Below, one piece after another: positions 58,911-64,000 of a stretch of DNA of 64,000 nucleotides (within the stretch, counting starts at the first letter, position 1; the number at the start of each line of letters is the position of its first letter). Below the pieces are notes generated by a model. It did no database searches. It was not told the DNA's origin and saw only the letters and a list, made by a program, of their open reading frames with translations. The stretch comes from an uncultured Methanomassiliicoccales archaeon (GTDB lineage Archaea > Thermoplasmatota > Thermoplasmata > Methanomassiliicoccales > UBA472). A program made the translations under genes and the position numbers. The stretch lies in assembly GCA_963732855.1 (NCBI GenBank), contig CAVTBB010000003.1, positions 285,790-349,789 on the forward strand. The letters run 5' to 3'.

Positions 58911-59711
58911 TCAGCCGTCAAACTCCGCCCGCATGGCCACCGCGTCCTCTACCGGTGCGGGGGTCTCGCAGATGACGGTGCACTCTTGGGAGAGCCCGCG
59001 TAGCGATGGTACCAGCAGCGAGAAGTCCGGGTCCCTGGTACTGAGCGGCAGGTGCCGCTTCTCCCCTGCCTTGGTATACTCGATGCAGCTGTAGTGGCAA
59101 TGCAGGTTCCCGGGGCATATCGAGATCAGTTCATCGACCACCTTCCGGAAGTCGTCCTGGGTGCGGAGTGAGCCGGCGTACCGGGCGTGGATATGAGCAA
59201 AATCGACCACTGGCTGCACACCTTTCAGTGCGCGGACCACGGTGCCGATCTCCCCCAGGGTGCCCCAGGTGCTGGCCCGGCCCATGGTCTCCAGGCCGAG
59301 CACGACGTCCAAGCCTTCCTCGGACATCTGGTCCAGGCACTCGGACAGGCCCTGGATGACCGCCCTGGTGGCTATCTCCGGTTCCTTCCCAGCGTAGGTG
59401 GCGGCGTGGACCACGATGATCCCTGCCCCGGCCTTGGATGCCACACGGGCGGTGCGCATGATCCACTCCTTGCTCTTTTCGTACGTCTCCGGGACCGAAT
59501 TGAGACTGATGTAGTAGGGGGCGTGGGCGCTCAACCGGACATCCAGCTCCTCCGCCTTTCTTCGAATGGCATCGGCACGCTCGTCGCTCATTTTCACCTG
59601 GCGGCCGAACTGAAGCTCCAAGGCGTCCAAGCCCGCCTTTCGGACCAGCTCGACGGCGTTAGCCCCATCCTTCGCGCCCTCCGGATATCCCGCCGGACCA
59701 AACCTGACCAT
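58911..59711 (-). CDS. endonuclease IV-like (AP endonuclease family 2, TIM barrel)
   Basis: 266 aa. The pattern SAHAPYYISLNS, IIVVHAATYAG, LGLETMG and VVDFAHIHARYAG parallels the Nfo metal-ligand blocks. Confidence 0.6.
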   Translation of the reverse strand: MVRFGPAGYPEGAKDGANAVELVRKAGLDALELQFGRQVKMSDERADAIRRKAEELDVRLSAHAPYYISLNSVPETYEKSKEWIMRTARVASKAGAGIIVVHAATYAGKEPEIATRAVIQGLSECLDQMSEEGLDVVLGLETMGRASTWGTLGEIGTVVRALKGVQPVVDFAHIHARYAGSLRTQDDFRKVVDELISICPGNLHCHYSCIEYTKAGEKRHLPLSTRDPDFSLLVPSLRGLSQECTVICETPAPVEDAVAMRAEFDG

Positions 59712-59815
59712 GCCAACGGCATCGCCTCAGGCCGATATATGGTTTGACCCAATGTGGTGCGGCGGGGCTCAAAAAGGCTATCTAATGGTAACTCCGTAAT
59801 ATCTCTGGAGCGGAA

Positions 59816-60298
59816 ATGGAGACCGAGGGAGTACCGGTGGAGATCCCGCCGGAGTGCAACGTCATCATTGGGCAGTCGCACTTCATCAAGACGGCCGAGG
59901 ACCTGTACGAGGCAATGGTCAACTCGACACCGTCAGCCAAGTTCGGCATTGCCTTCTGCGAGGCGTCCGGTCCGAGGCTGGTGCGTGTCGAGGGCAACGA
60001 CGAGGAGCTGAAAGGCGTGGCGGCGATGAACGCCATGCGGATCGGCGCCGGACACACGTTCGTCGTGTTGCTCAAGAACGCCTTCCCGGTGAACGTGCTC
60101 AATGCCATCAAGGCCGTCCCCGAGGTGTGTTCCATCTTCTGCGCCACAGCCAACGAGCTGCAGGTCGTCGTAGCCAAGGACGCCGACGGCCGAGGCGTGA
60201 TCGGTGTGATCGATGGTAAGTCGCCCTTAGGAGTGGAGAACGATGAGAACGTCAAAGAAAGAAAGGAATTCCTCAGAAAGATCGGATACAAGCGCTGA
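59816..60298 (+). CDS. adenosine-specific-kinase-family protein (PF04008-like)
   Basis: 160 aa with [29 protein letters not shown] and [21 protein letters not shown]. The assignment is made from memory of the family. Confidence 0.5.
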   Translation: METEGVPVEIPPECNVIIGQSHFIKTAEDLYEAMVNSTPSAKFGIAFCEASGPRLVRVEGNDEELKGVAAMNAMRIGAGHTFVVLLKNAFPVNVLNAIKAVPEVCSIFCATANELQVVVAKDADGRGVIGVIDGKSPLGVENDENVKERKEFLRKIGYKR

Positions 60299-61067
60299 CG
60301 AAGACTTCCTGGACCAATATGAGGTCACCGCCAAGTACTATGACATCTGGTACGAGGACTTCACCGAGGACGTCGAGTTCCTGAAGCGGATGGCGGAACG
60401 TACTGGAGGTCCGATCCTGGACTGCATGTGCGGCACCGGCAGGACGCTGCTCCCGCTGGCCAAAGAGGGCTACGAGATCTCCGGCTTCGATGCTTCAGAG
60501 GCTATGCTGGACAAGCTGACGGCCAAGATCGAGACCCTGCCCGAGTCGACCCAGGAGAACGTCCATATCGGGCACGGCGACGTGAGGAACTTCGTATGCA
60601 AGAAGAAGTTCAAGCTCGTCATCATCCCGTTCAACGCTTTCCTACACCTGCTGGAAACGGAGGAGCAGGAGGCCGCCCTGAAGAACGTGGCCGACCATAT
60701 GGCCAAGGATGGATTGTTCATCTTCAGCATCTTCAACCCGCGCCTCGACCGGCCCGAGGGATTGCTCCGCCACCGCGGCACACGCATAACCTCACAGGGA
60801 GAGATCATCACCAAGATGGAAGCCCAGGAGTTCAACACCCCGGAGCAGACCACCACCATCCATTACTTCTATGACATCTCCCGGCAGGACCAGGAGCTTC
60901 GGCGGGTAACGGCAACGATGACGCTGCGGTACATGTTCGAAAGGGAGGTCGTCGACCTCATGGAGCGCTGCGGCCTGGAAGTGGCCGAGGAGTATGGTGA
61001 CTACCTGCTCTCCCCGTTCAAGAAGACCAGCGATATCATGGTGTTCGTGGCTAGGAAATCGGCATGA
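60243..61067 (+). CDS. class I SAM-dependent methyltransferase
   Basis: Motif [17 protein letters not shown] and a post-I acidic residue (GFDASEAM). It overlaps the upstream gene by 56 nt, and no alternative ATG is available. Confidence 0.7.
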   Translation: MRTSKKERNSSERSDTSADEDFLDQYEVTAKYYDIWYEDFTEDVEFLKRMAERTGGPILDCMCGTGRTLLPLAKEGYEISGFDASEAMLDKLTAKIETLPESTQENVHIGHGDVRNFVCKKKFKLVIIPFNAFLHLLETEEQEAALKNVADHMAKDGLFIFSIFNPRLDRPEGLLRHRGTRITSQGEIITKMEAQEFNTPEQTTTIHYFYDISRQDQELRRVTATMTLRYMFEREVVDLMERCGLEVAEEYGDYLLSPFKKTSDIMVFVARKSA

Positions 61068-61870
61068 GGGTCGGGCCGATCGACCTCGACAGCACGCTGG
61101 GCTGCGGACAGGTGTTCCGTTGGCGCAAGGAAGGCGGTGTTTGGAAGGGCATCCTGAACGGCACCAAGGTCCATCTCCGTCAATGTGGCGATGAGATCGT
61201 GGCAGAAGGTGGCATCAGCGAAGAAGCGCTGATGACGTACTTCCGGTCAGACGATGACCTTGACAGCATCCGTTCCGAGATCTCGAAAGATGAGCTGATG
61301 ACCTCGTTGGTCTCGAGCTTCCACGGCCTACGCCTCATACGCCAGGATCCATGGGAATGCGCAGCGTCGTATGTCCTGGCGACGAACGCCAACATACCCC
61401 GCATACAGAAAATGATCGAAAACGTGTGCTGCGCGTTCGGGGATCGCCTGCCCGGAGGCGGCTACGCCTTCCCCCGTCCGGACCAGATCGCCCGCGGCCA
61501 TGAGGTGGCGCGGACCTGCGGGCTCGGATTCCGATGCGGCCGGTTCGTGGAGTTCGCACACCAGGTCGATCGGGGCGAGATCGATCTCGAGTCGCTGAGG
61601 GGTGTCGAATACGAGGAGTGCGTCAAGGAGCTGAGCTCATATCCTGGAATCGGAGACAAGGTGGCCGATTGTGTGGCCGTCTTCAGCTTGGACCATTTGG
61701 ACGCGTTCCCGGTCGATGTCCGCATCAAGAAGGCGATGGAGGAGATGTACGGTGTCAGCGGCACCTACCGTCATGTCAACCAGTTCGGGCGCGGCTATTT
61801 CGGCCGGTACGCAGGCTATGCCCAGGAGTACATCTACTATTCTTTCCAGCGATCGAAACGCCCTAGATGA
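61064..61870 (+). CDS. ogg: 8-oxoguanine DNA glycosylase / AP lyase (Ogg, HhH-GPD)
   Basis: LGCGQVFRW at the N-terminus. The HhH-GPD block YPGIGDKVADCVAVFSLDHLDAFPVDVRIKKAM closely parallels OGG1. Confidence 0.75.
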   Translation: MRVGPIDLDSTLGCGQVFRWRKEGGVWKGILNGTKVHLRQCGDEIVAEGGISEEALMTYFRSDDDLDSIRSEISKDELMTSLVSSFHGLRLIRQDPWECAASYVLATNANIPRIQKMIENVCCAFGDRLPGGGYAFPRPDQIARGHEVARTCGLGFRCGRFVEFAHQVDRGEIDLESLRGVEYEECVKELSSYPGIGDKVADCVAVFSLDHLDAFPVDVRIKKAMEEMYGVSGTYRHVNQFGRGYFGRYAGYAQEYIYYSFQRSKRPR

Positions 61871-62249
61871 GCGGCGTTCTGACATCCGGACAGACACAGT
61901 CCGGGGCCTTCAGGCCAGTATGGATCTCGTAGACCTTGACCAGCATTCCGCTCTTCTTGACCATCTCGCAGACGCGGCAGGTCTCGGTGACGATGTCGGA
62001 ACCGTTCATGATCCGGACCGCCGCCACTTCGACCTCCCGCTTGAACTCGTCATATTTCCCGCTGTTCTCGATCTCCTTGCTGGTGCCTCGTTTGGCCTTG
62101 AGGTACTGGGATATCGCGGCATCGGTAACACCAAAACGCCTTGCCACTTCGGCCTGGCTGAGATGATGCTTTTCGACCAATTCTCTCGCGAGTTCCCTTC
62201 GGATCGAAGGCAGAACATACCAGACGATGAGCTCGCACGGAATCTTCAT
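61863..62249 (-). CDS. HTH transcriptional regulator with a C-terminal Cys cluster
   Basis: 128 aa. The HTH is LSQAEVARRFGVTDAAISQYLKAKRG. Cys residues follow in CRVCE and CVCPD. Confidence 0.6.
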   Translation of the reverse strand: MKIPCELIVWYVLPSIRRELARELVEKHHLSQAEVARRFGVTDAAISQYLKAKRGTSKEIENSGKYDEFKREVEVAAVRIMNGSDIVTETCRVCEMVKKSGMLVKVYEIHTGLKAPDCVCPDVRTPLI

Positions 62250-62441
62250 AAGAACCTAAAAAGCATAACGATGTGCGCTAGTTTAAACTATTGCTAACTA
62301 GTGACGCCGCTCCGAATGACCGGACACCCAGTCATGCTATATCATACTTGCCTTCAATTTTCAACGTCCAGTCATGTCATTTTCATGAACCCCTGTTAAG
62401 GGGGGGCGTTAATTCCACATCACGTTTGGGCGGGAAAGCGG

Positions 62442-63989
62442 TCAATCCTCTTCCCCGAGATGTGTCTTCTCGTAGAACTCCTGTATCTCCCATTCCTTGA
62501 TCCGGTCCCCTTCCTCATCCCTTAGGGTGAGCCCGAGTGACCGGATATGATCGTTCAGCGTTCTCCTGGCCTCCCGATCTCCGGTGAACTGCACGATGAT
62601 TATGTCCTTCCCCCTGGTGCGAGCCTTATAGGCCGCCTTCATCTCTACGCCGTCGAAGATCACGTTGCAGGTGCAGCCGAACATGGTCCTGATCCATGGA
62701 TACTGGAAGTATACTGCAAGGTTATCGTCGGAGGTGAGCACGAAACGTTCCGGGGGCTCGACCCCCCGGATCGTTCCAATATCCTCGGCCAGCATCCAAT
62801 ACATGGTATCGTCCCCTTCCAGCAGGAAACCTTTGACCAGCAGTCCGTCCTTCTCCAGTTCCGCCAGCATCGTCCGCAGCTCCCGCATCGGCATGGACCC
62901 TAGGAACCGGGAAAGGTTCTCGGCGCTGAAGATGCCGAAGTTGCGGAACGCCATCCGCATCAGCTCCTTCTTCGCCTCGGTCCGCTCCATGCCGTTGTCT
63001 GGAATCGGCCGGAGCAGGCCATGCCCGTCGGCGTAGACGATCGTCGAGCGGAGCAAAACCCGGAGCGCGTCGTAGCTGCGGCGATGTCCCACCGGCGACA
63101 GGTCGAACAGCTTGTGCTTGCTTATCGGCGCTTCCTCCTCTATGATCCGCAACAGATTGGCCATATCCTCCGAGGGCGTCACGTTGCGCACCTTGCGGTA
63201 GAGGGCGGCGTGTTCCAGAGAGGTATAGGTGGAATACTCCGGTATCGCCCACACCTTGATCAGGCTGCCTTGCTCGGCCAGCTTCTTGAGCGGCACATGC
63301 ACCTCAGAGCGAAGGTAAGCGGCCGCGTCCGATCGCAGCCCGCCCATGGAACGGACGGCCTCGATCTCGTCTGGATACCGTCGTCCGGAACCGACGTGCT
63401 GCTTGCTGAAAACGTAAGCGAAATAGTCCTTTTCGCTCACCTGCAGATCGACCATATTGCCTTTGGCGAACATTCCGTCCAGCTTGATGTAGCCTTTTGA
63501 CAGCAGGACCTGGCTGGTCTCTTCGTCCAGGTCGTTGACCGGGGTGCCCAGCACCTCGCGGATGCGCACGACGTCGTATCCAACGAGCTGGTAGAATCTC
63601 ATCATGCCGTCGATCGCATCCAAAGCGTCCGGGAGCAGTTTGGGTTCGTCCAGGTCGAACGAGCGGATCTCGGTGCAACCGCTCATCTCCCATTTCTCGA
63701 TCGCCCCGATCAGACGGCCGTCCGACAGGATGGGAAAGATCCAGCCTTCCCCGTACCGGGACGCTATCTCCGCCCACATGGGCTGCACGTCTGGATCATA
63801 CAATGAGACGACCTTTACCCCTTCTTCCTTATGCTTGAAACGGTCCAGTGCCGGAAGCTCGTCTGCCAGCATCACCATCTCCGTCCGCGTATCGCCGACC
63901 GAGATGGTCGCCACCTCCAGTTTCATGATCCGTTCGCGGACCTCGGTCGGCATCATGTCCAGCGCCGTGCCGATGGAATAGGGTTGCAC
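62442..63989 (-). CDS. winged-helix DNA-binding domain protein (AlkZ/YcaQ-like; Lhr-C-terminal-domain-like)
   Basis: 515 aa. WIFPILSDGRLIGAIEKWEMSG resembles the YcaQ/AlkZ core strand motif. The start lies 11 nt from the window edge, so the gene may extend further. Confidence 0.4.
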   Translation of the reverse strand: MQPYSIGTALDMMPTEVRERIMKLEVATISVGDTRTEMVMLADELPALDRFKHKEEGVKVVSLYDPDVQPMWAEIASRYGEGWIFPILSDGRLIGAIEKWEMSGCTEIRSFDLDEPKLLPDALDAIDGMMRFYQLVGYDVVRIREVLGTPVNDLDEETSQVLLSKGYIKLDGMFAKGNMVDLQVSEKDYFAYVFSKQHVGSGRRYPDEIEAVRSMGGLRSDAAAYLRSEVHVPLKKLAEQGSLIKVWAIPEYSTYTSLEHAALYRKVRNVTPSEDMANLLRIIEEEAPISKHKLFDLSPVGHRRSYDALRVLLRSTIVYADGHGLLRPIPDNGMERTEAKKELMRMAFRNFGIFSAENLSRFLGSMPMRELRTMLAELEKDGLLVKGFLLEGDDTMYWMLAEDIGTIRGVEPPERFVLTSDDNLAVYFQYPWIRTMFGCTCNVIFDGVEMKAAYKARTRGKDIIIVQFTGDREARRTLNDHIRSLGLTLRDEEGDRIKEWEIQEFYEKTHLGEED

Positions 63990-64000
63990 CGGCCCGTAGG

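Overview
Archaeal chromosomal window. The gene content suggests a euryarchaeote, possibly Thermoplasmatota-like, but that placement is inference. Evidence for archaeal origin: deoxyhypusine synthase, a class-III-signal pilin, FlaI/FlaJ-type genes, A/T-box promoters and bacterial-type gyrase. About 60 genes are packed tightly. All family assignments come from motif reading by eye; no database search was possible.

Main blocks:
- (1) 101-14193, minus strand: a collinear run of ccmABCDE, an MFS gene and ccmF. This is variant cytochrome-c maturation System I, with a CxxxY CcmE. It is followed by a 7-gene hyf/hyc-type membrane complex whose large subunit has lost all NiFe-ligand cysteines (Ehr-like, so not a hydrogenase).
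- (2) 14429-19556, plus strand, divergent from ccmA: three paralogous secreted proteins with an unassigned Cys/His N-terminal domain, Ig-like repeats and a C-terminal anchor. Two of them are each translationally coupled to a His-bearing polytopic membrane protein. The second cassette is frameshifted in both genes yet keeps a ~430-bp near-identical stretch. I consider this the best candidate for an undescribed system, possibly extracytoplasmic redox or metal handling.
- (3) A decayed MgtA-type ATPase remnant, a ferritin-like protein, an HdrD-like protein, an Lhr helicase and housekeeping genes (purM, rlmE, dys, thiC).
- (4) 34503-40894: a Tad/archaeal type-IV-pilus-like locus with one pilin-like gene, two FlaI-like ATPases and a platform protein split into two genes.
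- (5) 41244-48137: a giant CARDB-type surface protein with cytoplasmic zinc ribbons, interrupted by two compensating frameshifts. Next to it are a coiled-coil/Zn-ribbon protein and a KaiC-like ATPase. The same theme recurs at 31707-33647 and 56679-58823.
- (6) gyrB-gyrA, each carrying an intein.

Two tRNAs are present. No CRISPR array, transposase or integrase was seen. Several single-nucleotide frame disruptions need checking against the reads.
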